NCBI GenBank assembly: GCA_963713855.1
Contig: OY970209.1
Span: 288,001-352,000, forward strand
Source: an uncultured bacterium
GTDB taxonomy: Bacteria > Babelota > Babeliae > Babelales > Babelaceae
DNA length: 64,000 nt
Direction of reading: 5' to 3'
Part shown: one piece after another, positions 52,373 through 61,630 of the stretch
How the letters are laid out: each line of letters begins with the position of its first letter
How positions within the stretch are numbered: position 1 is the stretch's first letter
The notes under the pieces: generated by a model
What the model was told of the DNA's origin: nothing
The model's input: only the letters and a program-made list of their open reading frames with translations
Database searches by the model: none
Position numbers and translations under genes: made by a program

Positions 52373-52650
52373 AATTACGTTCGGTGGGCCTTATTCATGA
52401 TAAGACCTCGTCAATTGATCGCAGGAATTTTCACCCACTCTCAGGCTCGGATTTAGGTTTTACTCAACACTTATAGAAGTAGGAGTTTCGTATAATCCTC
52501 TCCAACCACCGTTGGACAATGGCTTGTCCAAGGTCCGCAAGGTTAGGATAACCGTAGTTTTACAGAGTATCAGTTTCCAACGCTATGGGTTTTTTACGTG
52601 GTTAACCCTTCCCGTAGTCCCTACGGTACAATTACCTTACGAGTAATTCT
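52371..52650 (-). ncRNA. Candidate structured non-coding RNA (~280 nt)
   Basis: No ORF-track entry; several nested stems; terminal AGAATTAC/GTAATTCT inverted repeat; a G-U pair favours the minus strand. Confidence 0.45.
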
Positions 52651-52708
52651 TGAAAACCAAATTTATTTTGACAACATTAAAAATTTGTAAAGCGCAAATC
52701 TAGCAGTG

Positions 52709-53443
52709 CTAGATAACTGCGTTATTGCTATCCAGCTCACCAGCTCTAGAGCTGGTGGGAGAATTCCGCGAATTCTTGTTAAAATCTTTAAGCCAATAGT
52801 CAAGATTGTGAGTTTGGGTTGTCACCGATTTATCATACTGTAGCGTTTGCCAGCTATAGGTAATTGAAAGCGCGGATTTTTCGTAGCCAAGTTTATGCCA
52901 TAATGGTGTTAAAGACCGATAGTTTTCTGGTTTTAAAGGATGTGCCTCATAGCTTTCTGTTACAAAGCAGCAAGCTGTAAAATGTAATCTTTTTGCATAC
53001 TCCTCAATAGCCGCGAAAAGTTTTCTTGCAAGGCCCTTGCCTCGATGCTTGGGCACAACGATAACTTCAGAAACGTAGTAATAAGAACTTGGCTTTAATC
53101 CAGCACTTTCAAACAACTCGATTGAACCTTTAAAGTGCTCATCGTAGTTACAAAATGGTGCTCCCGTTATAAATCCCACAGGCTCATCTTTTAAATAAGC
53201 AACAACTACAGCACTGTTTGGTAACTTTGTTAACCAATCGAGGTACACCTTTTCTTCATCGATAGAGCCCTCATATAAGTAGGGATATTCGCGAAAATAA
53301 GTGAGCCGCAGATTTGAGACGAATGGAAGAACGTCCTTACTCTCATTCACCAAAAGAAGCCTAACGTCAAAAGATTCCGGTTGCGCTCTTAACAAGAAGC
53401 TGTTCGCCAAATAGAAGCTTAAACAAGTAATTTTTTTAAGCAT
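52709..53443 (-). CDS. GNAT family N-acetyltransferase with N-terminal signal-like extension
   Basis: FREYPYLYEG, VVPKHRGKGLA acetyl-CoA motif, LWHKLGY. Confidence 0.85.
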   Translation of the reverse strand: MLKKITCLSFYLANSFLLRAQPESFDVRLLLVNESKDVLPFVSNLRLTYFREYPYLYEGSIDEEKVYLDWLTKLPNSAVVVAYLKDEPVGFITGAPFCNYDEHFKGSIELFESAGLKPSSYYYVSEVIVVPKHRGKGLARKLFAAIEEYAKRLHFTACCFVTESYEAHPLKPENYRSLTPLWHKLGYEKSALSITYSWQTLQYDKSVTTQTHNLDYWLKDFNKNSRNSPTSSRAGELDSNNAVI

Positions 53444-53669
53444 GCATACTTCCAGAGTCCATATTAGTTAACATAAACGTTACCAAAACCGTGCGGATTA
53501 ACAATATACACACTTTTATCTAAAAACACTCGAAATTTATAAACCTAGTCAATCAAACTGATCACTCGATCTTACATCGGGCAACACTGCACCGGAGAAT
53601 AAATTCTTGTTTTTAAAGCTAACAATATGGTATATTCAGATTAATAATTTAATTCAAATAGGAGTCTTA

Positions 53670-54047
53670 ATGATGAATAGCATTAAAGTCAGTATGATGA
53701 TCATGGCAGGCATGTTCTTAAGCGTTCCTCAAAGCCTATTTTCGACTGGGGCTCTTTTTTTTAAAAATGCGAGCAGAAGTCAAACTGTAGAAGTAACCGT
53801 TGATTATGACTACCCCAAGATCTGCAAAGCTGACCAATTGACCCTAGGCCCATTTTATCAAGAAGTGATCCATCGCCCGCTTTTAAAGCCCAAAAGCTGG
53901 TGCCCAATAGCAAAAATTACTCTTAAGCGCGAGGATATAGCTCCTATGGTGCTCACTTCGAAAGAGCTGCCATTTACAGGTGACGTGTGGATCGAGATTG
54001 ACAATGATGAAGTTAAGGTCGAGCCGATTGATTGGGGCGCTGAATAA
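53670..54047 (+). CDS. Small secreted beta-rich hypothetical protein
   Basis: AGGAG RBS before ATG 53670; signal peptide; two Cys. Confidence 0.65.
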   Translation: MMNSIKVSMMIMAGMFLSVPQSLFSTGALFFKNASRSQTVEVTVDYDYPKICKADQLTLGPFYQEVIHRPLLKPKSWCPIAKITLKREDIAPMVLTSKELPFTGDVWIEIDNDEVKVEPIDWGAE

Positions 54048-54128
54048 GAGTTTTTACATTAGTTTCGTGGGGGCGGCACCCTTACGTCAGCCCCATCAAT
54101 TTTTCAGGAATCAAAGTTGTTGTTAACA

Positions 54129-54587
54129 CTACTTTCTGGCTTTTAACTTCTGAGAAATTTTAACAAAATCACTCGAATCTTTCTCAGACAATGATTCAAA
54201 GAATTTCATGTCAGACTTCTCAACGGCGGGTAATGCTTTGCTCAAAATGTTAAATCCCCGCTCAGTTAATGAAGGATTTTTGCTTCTTTCATTTACAGAC
54301 CTTGTCCTTTGTATAAGGTTTTTAAGTTCCAATCCCCGTATTATCTGAGATGTTGTATTAGGATCTAACCCGCTCGCTTTGCTAATATCTATTTGATTAA
54401 TAGTCCTTCCCTCCCTTGTAAGCCAAGCAGTCGTTGCAAGCACAACAAATTGAGGATGAGTAAGATCAAAAGGCTTTAACGTCTTTTCGATGTTACTTCT
54501 CCAGGCAAGGCTTACATGCCACAATAAATAGCCGGGGCTTTCTTCGGGGCCTTTAAACAGCGTTAACTTCTCGATAGTATTGCTCAT
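54129..54587 (-). CDS. MarR family transcriptional regulator
   Basis: SPGYLLW, LTHPQFVVL, wHTH region TTSQIIRGLELKNLIQR..ERSK..LT..G. Confidence 0.92.
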   Translation of the reverse strand: MSNTIEKLTLFKGPEESPGYLLWHVSLAWRSNIEKTLKPFDLTHPQFVVLATTAWLTREGRTINQIDISKASGLDPNTTSQIIRGLELKNLIQRTRSVNERSKNPSLTERGFNILSKALPAVEKSDMKFFESLSEKDSSDFVKISQKLKARK

Positions 54588-54606
54588 AAATCAATATCTA
54601 AATTTT

Positions 54607-54978
54607 TTAAGCACTCTTGTGCATTTTATAGACTCTTATTCGGTGACCATCTGGATCTAGAAATACAAACGTACGCCCAAAGTCCATGTCAGTCGGATCC
54701 TGAGCAATAGTAACTTCTTTTTTTCCCAAAAATTCGTACATTTTATCCACATCATCCGCTGGAAAACAAAGTTCCATGGCCCCCGCTGCAACTTCTACTC
54801 TAGGCTCTGCAGTATACCATGACCAAAGGCCAAGCTTAACTCCGTTTTCTAGAACAAATAACGCGAAAGTAGGCGATTTTTCGACCGGTTTTAAACCGAG
54901 AATATCACTATAAAATGTTGCGCTTATTTGCGGGTTTTCAACAAACAGAAGGACATATCCTATACTGTGTTTAAACAT
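54607..54978 (-). CDS. VOC/glyoxalase-bleomycin resistance family protein (EhpR-like)
   Basis: LFVENPQISATFYSDILG, ELCF, MDFGRTFVFLDPDGHRIRV. Confidence 0.9.
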   Translation of the reverse strand: MFKHSIGYVLLFVENPQISATFYSDILGLKPVEKSPTFALFVLENGVKLGLWSWYTAEPRVEVAAGAMELCFPADDVDKMYEFLGKKEVTIAQDPTDMDFGRTFVFLDPDGHRIRVYKMHKSA

Positions 54979-55013
54979 AACATTCTCCCTAAGAAAAAAT
55001 AGTAAAACAAATC

Positions 55014-55050
55014 ATACGTATAAATATAATACGTATACGTATAATGTCAA
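55014..55050 (-). promoter_or_regulatory. Promoter with palindromic operator (probable MarR site)
   Basis: Minus-strand TTGACA (55050-55045)-N16-TATATT; palindrome ATACGTATACGTAT at 55029-55042 in the spacer, plus ATACGTAT at 55014-55021. Confidence 0.6.
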
Positions 55051-55398
55051 GCAAAAAAAGAAGCACTGAACAATACCTCATGGAATGCATTCCAGATTAT
55101 TAATCGATCACCTCGAGTTTTCGTTTTCGCTACTTAAGATTTATTGCAGCTATTTAGTAATAGTAAGCGTCGGTAGAGCACACAACCAGCTGCGTTGCCC
55201 TCTTTGACTATTCTGTAATATTCGCTATTATCTATATCGTTCAGCTTTTTATCAAACATATTCGGTATGAATTACAGTCAAATTTTTCTGAGCTACACTA
55301 ACTTTTCTCTTCTACTCCCGTAAGGGGGTATCTTTTACTTTTTTAACTTATCTACTTTTTTGAGTTCGTTATAATTACCCATCGTTAGGGAGCTTTTT

Positions 55399-55818
55399 AT
55401 GTTTGAAAATAGAATTGTTGCAGTCTTGAATGAAAAAATAGAGCCGGGTGTTGCATTAAACGCTGTAGCTCACATGTCTTTCGGAATTGGTGCATATCTA
55501 GGCAAGGAAAACGCGCTTCTGAGCGAATATATTGATTCAGAAGGCAATTTTCACTCGCGGCTAACCCAAATGCCAATAATTATTCTTAAAGCAAACAATA
55601 ATAAGATCAAAGAAACAGTCAAGGCTGCGAAAGAACAGGGAATCTACTTTGTCGATTTTATTGACACTATGAGATTGCCAGGCGGAGGAACCTACGTTGA
55701 ACAAATCGACGAAACCAAAAAGAAGAAATTTGATGAGCTGACCTATTTTGGGGTCATGCTTTTTGGACCCAGTGAAAAGGTTTCGCCGTTGACCAGAAAA
55801 TTTTCCTTATGGAAATGA
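55399..55818 (+). CDS. DUF2000 family protein
   Basis: IVAVLNEKIEPGVALNAVAH..PIIILKA..DF..TY..YFGVMLFGP..LTRKFSLW. Confidence 0.75.
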   Translation: MFENRIVAVLNEKIEPGVALNAVAHMSFGIGAYLGKENALLSEYIDSEGNFHSRLTQMPIIILKANNNKIKETVKAAKEQGIYFVDFIDTMRLPGGGTYVEQIDETKKKKFDELTYFGVMLFGPSEKVSPLTRKFSLWK

Positions 55819-56282
55819 AAAGTTGGAAAGTTTTAACATGTCCTCTTTTATTTCACTCTTTGCTTTTATGTCAGCTCAATGCGATATTGCTGGATGCTAA
55901 CGTAATAACGAGCGAGCAATACATTGCGAAGAGAAAATTGTGCGTTAAGGTTTACAATGATACCCCCTTTCCTGTCGAAGTAAGACTGGGGGTATTGAAA
56001 TTGGCATGGAACAAAACGCTCTTCAAGGAAATAGTTGGAGGAAATCTTTTTTTTAAAGAAAAGCATATCAAGCCTCAAGAAAGAGCTGAACTAAGCTTCT
56101 CTTACGAAGTCTTCGAGGATGAGAATATAAGAAATCAGGATTTACCGATTCTTGAAATTGAAAAAGACCTTGAGCACGCGACTGCCACTCTAAAGCGAAC
56201 AGACAAATGTACCGAGATTACAGTCTCTCAAGTATACAAAGAACAGCTTGAGCGCAAAAAAAGTCTGGCAAGCTTGCGCTAA
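55815..56282 (+). CDS. Secreted hypothetical protein
   Basis: ATGA overlap with the upstream gene; signal peptide-like N-terminus. Confidence 0.6.
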   Translation: MKSWKVLTCPLLFHSLLLCQLNAILLDANVITSEQYIAKRKLCVKVYNDTPFPVEVRLGVLKLAWNKTLFKEIVGGNLFFKEKHIKPQERAELSFSYEVFEDENIRNQDLPILEIEKDLEHATATLKRTDKCTEITVSQVYKEQLERKKSLASLR

Positions 56283-56420
56283 CAATAAGCCGTTTATATA
56301 TGAGACCCATCAATTGGATTGCGAGCGTAATTCATTCATTAATTAAACTCACTTGGCCTGGAGAATATTTCCGTCAATAGTTTACTAGAACGTAAAGTGA
56401 TATTGAGATTCCCATAATAC

Positions 56421-57383
56421 CTATGCCCCCAAGACTGGCCCACAATATACAGGCGGGCACAACTCAGTATCATCTAACTTAACTTGAGGCATCAGTATTG
56501 CTACAGTTACGCTTGCAGAACAGCTCGGGCCATTCACATTGCTTATAGCGCAAAAGGGAGCGTTTTCCGAACAAGTCACTGCAACTGGCCTCCATTGAGG
56601 TGAAGGATGAGATACTCCTTTGTTAAAATCTGCTGTATCGACCGAAAACACAGTTACGTCGCCTGAGCCGTTAGCAGTTATAAGACAATTGTCATATGCG
56701 GAGTAATCCATTGATCGTGGATCATTAGATCCAGAGGGTAAATCAGAAGAAGTGCCTTGATTTGGCATTCCTTCAGTAACGATAAATACGGTAACATCGT
56801 TTGAAGCTGCATTAGACGTGGCAAGGTGCCCATCGGACGAAAATTGAATGGTTACCGGTGCTATCGATGAGGGGGGGGTAAAGCGTATGAAATACCTTTA
56901 CCAAGCTTTCCATCCTTTACAGGAAATATCGTTATAGCTGAGGAATCTTTGTTTGATGTCACAAGAAATAATCCATCGGGCGAAAATTTCAATGAACCTG
57001 CATGACTCGAGCCCGGGGGCAATCTATAGAGCTCGCGTGCATTTAATGTACCTTCCCAATTAATCGTAAACACAACAACGTGATCACCATTAGCTGTGGC
57101 AAGAAGTCTACCGTCAGGTGAAAATGATATTGCAAGTGGATTACTGGAACCCGGGTGCAAAGGATAGGCAGTACCATTGCTTAATATCCCATTAATGAGA
57201 GTAAACAGATTCACGTTCAAAGAGTTAAAGTTTGCGGTAGCTAGATAATTATTTTTTGAAGCAATTGCATTGGGGCAAGGAACATCGGGATGTAACGGAT
57301 AGGTTTGTTAAAGGTGAAAAGGCACAACTATTAGATAAAGCAGTGCAGGTAAAAGTAAGCATTAAGCTTAACAGAATAAGCAT
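56421..57383 (-). pseudogene. Frameshifted secreted beta-propeller (lactonase/YncE-like) repeat protein
   Basis: Signal peptide from ATG 57383; blade repeats (YPLHPGSSNP..FSPDG.LATAN..VTVF) spread across three ORF segments; frameshifts near 57305 and at the C8 tract 56871-56878. Confidence 0.75.
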
Positions 57384-57707
57384 TTATTACGTCCTTTAAA
57401 AAACCGATTTAATTCTTTTTCAAAGAGTTGTCGAGCAAACGCTACCACCGGATTTTGATCTTGGCAATTCTCGAGTAGATTGACCAATACTACCTTGCAA
57501 ATTATCCATCACTTAATCGAATAATTTTACATGCAATTCTTCGTTGAGCGTCAAAATGCCACTTTAAGCCACAAGTATCAAGTAATTGACGGGCTACGGA
57601 GAAACATTAATACTTTTTTGGGTCAACGCTGATTACGCTTATTTTGTCAAATATAATTTTTAACTATATAATTGTTGCACAAGCATCGACGAGAATATGG
57701 GTTATCT

Positions 57708-59063
57708 ATGAGATTGAAAACGTGCTCTATACTAGAAAGCATACTATTTGCGATAGTGGTTTCTTGGAGTTCTATGGAGCTTGCAATGGAACATCATCGC
57801 GATAGCCGCGACCTTAATAGCTCAACGACATCTACCCATAAAAAGTCCTCGAAGTCTTTCAAAAAAGCAAAGAGGCGCACACAAACTCATCACCAAAACT
57901 ACGGCGACAAGCCACTTCACCTAGCAGCCATGAACGGCGATGAAAAAGCTATTGTCGATTTGATAGCCACTGATCATTCTCTAAGCGATGTAAATAGCAT
58001 GGGTGAGGTGCCTTTACATCTTGCAGCACTTGCTGGCAAGGTGGAGCTCATTGAAACATTTATAGAAAGTGGCGTTGACGTTAACGTCCCAAGGACCGAT
58101 GGAGAAACACCCTTACACCTTGCAGCGCTTAAGGGCCAGGATGAAGCAATAGAAATCCTCATTAAACATGGCGCTCTAGTTGATGCTGAAAGATATGATA
58201 GAGAGACGCCATTGCATTTAGCATGTCTTACTGGTCAAGGAGGAGCAATAAAAAAGCTACTAGATCATGACGCAAACATTGATGCTCGCAATAAGCGCGG
58301 TCAAACGCCCTTGCATTTAGCAGCACTGAATCGTCATAAAAAGGCGATGAAAATGCTAATAAAAGCGGGCGCAGATATTAATTGTATTGACGCAAAAGGT
58401 CAAACTCCCCTCGATCTTGCCAGAACAAACAAAGAGCTTGCTAGCTGGATACGTTTACGCGGTGGTCAATCAGCATATGAACTATCTTTGGCGCGAGATG
58501 ATAACCAAGAGCAAGAGAGCAATGCCAAGGATTGTTGGGTTACACCTGCTCATAAGTGTCATGGGCGTCGCATACCGCAGCGCGCCCAAGAAGTTGCCCC
58601 TAATAACAAAATTGGCCTTCATGTGAAAAAAGAAAAAGAAATAGTCCAGTCCAAAAAAGGCATCGGGGAAAAAACAGCTTCATCAGTGTTGAAAAAAGGG
58701 GCAGAAAAAGGAAAACAGCTATCAAAGAACAAGGTAAGGCAGGCTAAACGCCAAGAGTTAACACACCAGCAACAATTACCCGATGTTCAGCCAGTCAAGG
58801 GGGGAAGCCCGGCACCAAAACCAACTGTTATGCCAGATGCAACTCTAAAAGACGCTGCTCAACACCGATTACCCCTACAAACTCAGGATGAGACTATTAA
58901 GCCAAGGGCCCAAGGATCTAGTGCCTTTGCAAGGTGGAAAAAGTGGCTTGGTCTTGGCGTTTTGACAGCGGCTGCTGGCTGGATGGCCAAAGAGGCGTAT
59001 GATAGAGCGCCGATGAATAAGGCCGCACTAAACGATACACTGGAGTCAACGCCATCAGCCTAA
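57708..59063 (+). CDS. Secreted ankyrin-repeat protein with basic disordered linker and C-terminal TM
   Basis: Five to six G(E/Q)TPLHLAA repeats; ELAMEH after the signal peptide; WLGLGVLTAAAGWM tail. Confidence 0.9.
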   Translation: MRLKTCSILESILFAIVVSWSSMELAMEHHRDSRDLNSSTTSTHKKSSKSFKKAKRRTQTHHQNYGDKPLHLAAMNGDEKAIVDLIATDHSLSDVNSMGEVPLHLAALAGKVELIETFIESGVDVNVPRTDGETPLHLAALKGQDEAIEILIKHGALVDAERYDRETPLHLACLTGQGGAIKKLLDHDANIDARNKRGQTPLHLAALNRHKKAMKMLIKAGADINCIDAKGQTPLDLARTNKELASWIRLRGGQSAYELSLARDDNQEQESNAKDCWVTPAHKCHGRRIPQRAQEVAPNNKIGLHVKKEKEIVQSKKGIGEKTASSVLKKGAEKGKQLSKNKVRQAKRQELTHQQQLPDVQPVKGGSPAPKPTVMPDATLKDAAQHRLPLQTQDETIKPRAQGSSAFARWKKWLGLGVLTAAAGWMAKEAYDRAPMNKAALNDTLESTPSA

Positions 59064-59162
59064 AGACCAACATTTCAGATGCCTGACTAGAGTAAACGTT
59101 GCTTGACTTATTCGCTCAATCGACCATAATGAATTACTACTAGTATATTTATATGGAGCTTT

Positions 59163-59570
59163 ATGAAAAAATCGTATCTTTTACTAACTCTTATGGCAGC
59201 TTTGGCATACTCTGTATCTGCTAGATCGGAAAACAAGATTGTATCCTTAGAAGAAGAAATACAACAATTGGAGCAAGAACTTACTCAAACTGACCAAAAG
59301 CTCAAAGATGTGGAAAGACGAGGGGATGAAATTCAAAAACACTACGAAGAAGGACAGCACAACGGCCTCTTGACACTAAAAAATCGCGAGATACAAAGCC
59401 TCGTGAATGAGCAAGATGCTCTTTTAGAAAAGAGGGAAAAAATCGTCGAGAAACTCAACGGCAAGTACCGCACATCATCTCTAAAAAGATTTAATAAGTT
59501 TGCCGCAATAGCCGGCGTATCAACACTTGTTGTTGGCCTTATTACCCTGATAGCCTCGTGTCGCAGGTAA
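59163..59570 (+). CDS. Coiled-coil protein with signal peptide and C-terminal anchor
   Basis: GGAG RBS, heptad repeats, C-terminal TM followed by RR. Confidence 0.75.
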   Translation: MKKSYLLLTLMAALAYSVSARSENKIVSLEEEIQQLEQELTQTDQKLKDVERRGDEIQKHYEEGQHNGLLTLKNREIQSLVNEQDALLEKREKIVEKLNGKYRTSSLKRFNKFAAIAGVSTLVVGLITLIASCRR

Positions 59571-59753
59571 AATAACCTAACTCGTTTTTCTAGCTAGAGT
59601 GCATTTAGAGTTTCCCATTACAGAATTATCATAGGTAAAACGCAGATTCTTCGTTTAAAGAGCTCAGCACCGTATTGATAGTGGTTGACATATCAGTTTA
59701 TTCTTTGATACTTTTGCAAACAATATATGTAGTTGGCAAGGACCGGAATCTGC

Positions 59754-61385
59754 ATGGCAAAAGACGCTGAGAATGTAAGAGAGGTTACTTATCAGCTTCT
59801 GCGAGAAGTTGGTATCAAAACAGTTTTTGGAAATCCTGGATCAACGGAAGAACCCTTTCTGAAAAATTTTCCATCAGATTTTCGTTATGTGCTAGGCCTT
59901 CAGGAAGCATCAGTAATAGCTATGGCTGATGGTTTTGCTCAAGCGACGGGCGGACCTGCATTAGTAAATATCCACACTTCAGGGGGATTAGGAAACGCCA
60001 TGGGCAACCTAATCACGGCCTATCAAAACAAAACCCCACTAATTGTAACTGCTGGCCAACAAACACGTGAAATGTTACTCATAGAGCCCATGCTCACAAA
60101 CGTGACTGCCACAAGCGTACCGCGTACATGGGTAAAATGGACTTATGAACCAGCACGCGCCCAAGACGTTCCTGCAGCCTTCATGCGCGCGATCGCAACG
60201 GCTTTGCAACCACCGGCTGGTCCAGTTTTTCTTTCTCTTCCAATGGATGATTGGGAAAAACCTTGCACGAAAGCAGTGGTACGTACCGTAAGCCGCCGTT
60301 GCGCTCCAGATCCCCAGCGCCTAGAAGACTTTGAAAAAATCTTACATCAAGCATCATCGCCTGTACTCGTTTATGGCGCCGCCATAGATAGGAATAACGG
60401 CTGGAAGCAGGCAATTACCTTTGCTGAGATGATCGGAGCTCCAGTGTGGGCAGCACCGCTATCTGAACGTGTCTCTTTTCCTGAAAATCACCGCCTTTAC
60501 TGCGGTGTTTTACCGCCAGCTATCGGTCTGCTTTCAAAAAAATTGGAAGGCCATGACCTTGTACTCGTGGTCGGTGCACCAATATTTCGTTACTACCCTT
60601 ATGTAGCAGGATCATATTTGCCGAATGGCGCACGCTTGCTGCATCTGACAGATGATCATTCGGAAGCTGCTCGTGCACCGGTTGGAGATAGCCTACTGGG
60701 CGATGTTGTTTTATCTTTGAGTGGCCTCATTGAATTGTTAAGCAAAAATAAGTTAAAAGTAACCAAATCCAAAATCATGGATTGCACGAAACCTGATGCA
60801 ACGTATTCGATAAAAACATCAGACGATGGCCTTCTTACAGCTAGCCAAGTGTTTAATGCTCTGAACGCTGTAAAACCTGATAACGCTGTTTTGATCGAAG
60901 AGTCGCCTTCGAATCTTGCCGAATTACGCATGCAATGGCCAATTACTAAACCGGCCTCTTTTTTTACGTTTGCAAGTGGCATACTGGGTTGGGGTCTACC
61001 CGCATCCGTAGGAATCGCGCTTTCAGAGCGCGACTCTGGAAGCAACCGCCCAATTATTCTGATAATTGGCGACGGCTCATTGCAATATTCTATTCAGGCG
61101 CTCTGGACGGCAGCGCAACTAAATCTTCCAATTTTGATCGTTGTTATGCGTAACGGTGAATATGCGATTCTCAAATCTTTTGCAGAGCACGAAAATACTC
61201 CAGGTGTGCCAGGCCTAGATCTTCCAGGCCTAGATATAGTGTCTCTTGCTAAAGGGTATGGCTGCGATGCCACTCGCTTGGATACTCTAGACGGTATTAA
61301 GAAAGCTGCGCGGGAAGCATTTAATAAATCCAAGCCAACAGTCCTTGAGATTCCTATTTCTCCCAAATTGATCCCCTTAATTTAA
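59754..61385 (+). CDS. mdlC: ThDP-dependent benzoylformate decarboxylase-like enzyme
   Basis: VFGNPGSTE, LGLQEASV, VNIH, TAGQQTR, GDGS...N ThDP-binding motif. Confidence 0.85.
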   Translation: MAKDAENVREVTYQLLREVGIKTVFGNPGSTEEPFLKNFPSDFRYVLGLQEASVIAMADGFAQATGGPALVNIHTSGGLGNAMGNLITAYQNKTPLIVTAGQQTREMLLIEPMLTNVTATSVPRTWVKWTYEPARAQDVPAAFMRAIATALQPPAGPVFLSLPMDDWEKPCTKAVVRTVSRRCAPDPQRLEDFEKILHQASSPVLVYGAAIDRNNGWKQAITFAEMIGAPVWAAPLSERVSFPENHRLYCGVLPPAIGLLSKKLEGHDLVLVVGAPIFRYYPYVAGSYLPNGARLLHLTDDHSEAARAPVGDSLLGDVVLSLSGLIELLSKNKLKVTKSKIMDCTKPDATYSIKTSDDGLLTASQVFNALNAVKPDNAVLIEESPSNLAELRMQWPITKPASFFTFASGILGWGLPASVGIALSERDSGSNRPIILIIGDGSLQYSIQALWTAAQLNLPILIVVMRNGEYAILKSFAEHENTPGVPGLDLPGLDIVSLAKGYGCDATRLDTLDGIKKAAREAFNKSKPTVLEIPISPKLIPLI

Positions 61386-61630
61386 TCAAATTTTCATTTA
61401 ATTGCGCTTATTTTTATAAATTGGGTGGATTTTTGAACATTGCCTTAAGGAAAAGTAAGCTCAAATCGTTTAATCGATAAATAGCTTTTAGAATGAAAAG
61501 AATAACCATTTTCTTCTACTTGGTTACCGATCAGTCTGCTCACGGGTTCAAAAAGTGTGACAGTGAGCGCTATAAGCTAATACCCAATCAGATTCTAGAG
61601 AATTAATTCTTTTGGTAGAACCCTATGGCT

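Noticed and set aside
52420..52445. GCAGGAATTTTCACCCAC resembles RNase P conserved region I
   Set aside because: No complementary P4 partner (ACAGAA..GGCTTA-like) was found at the 3' end.
52525..52550. AGGTCC-GCAA-GG resembles SRP RNA helix 8
   Set aside because: The required downstream AAGCAG and the flanking symmetric loop are absent.
55134..55259. 41-codon minus-strand ORF (MFDKKLNDIDNSEYY...)
   Set aside because: No recognisable RBS or motif; it could be chance in AT-rich DNA.
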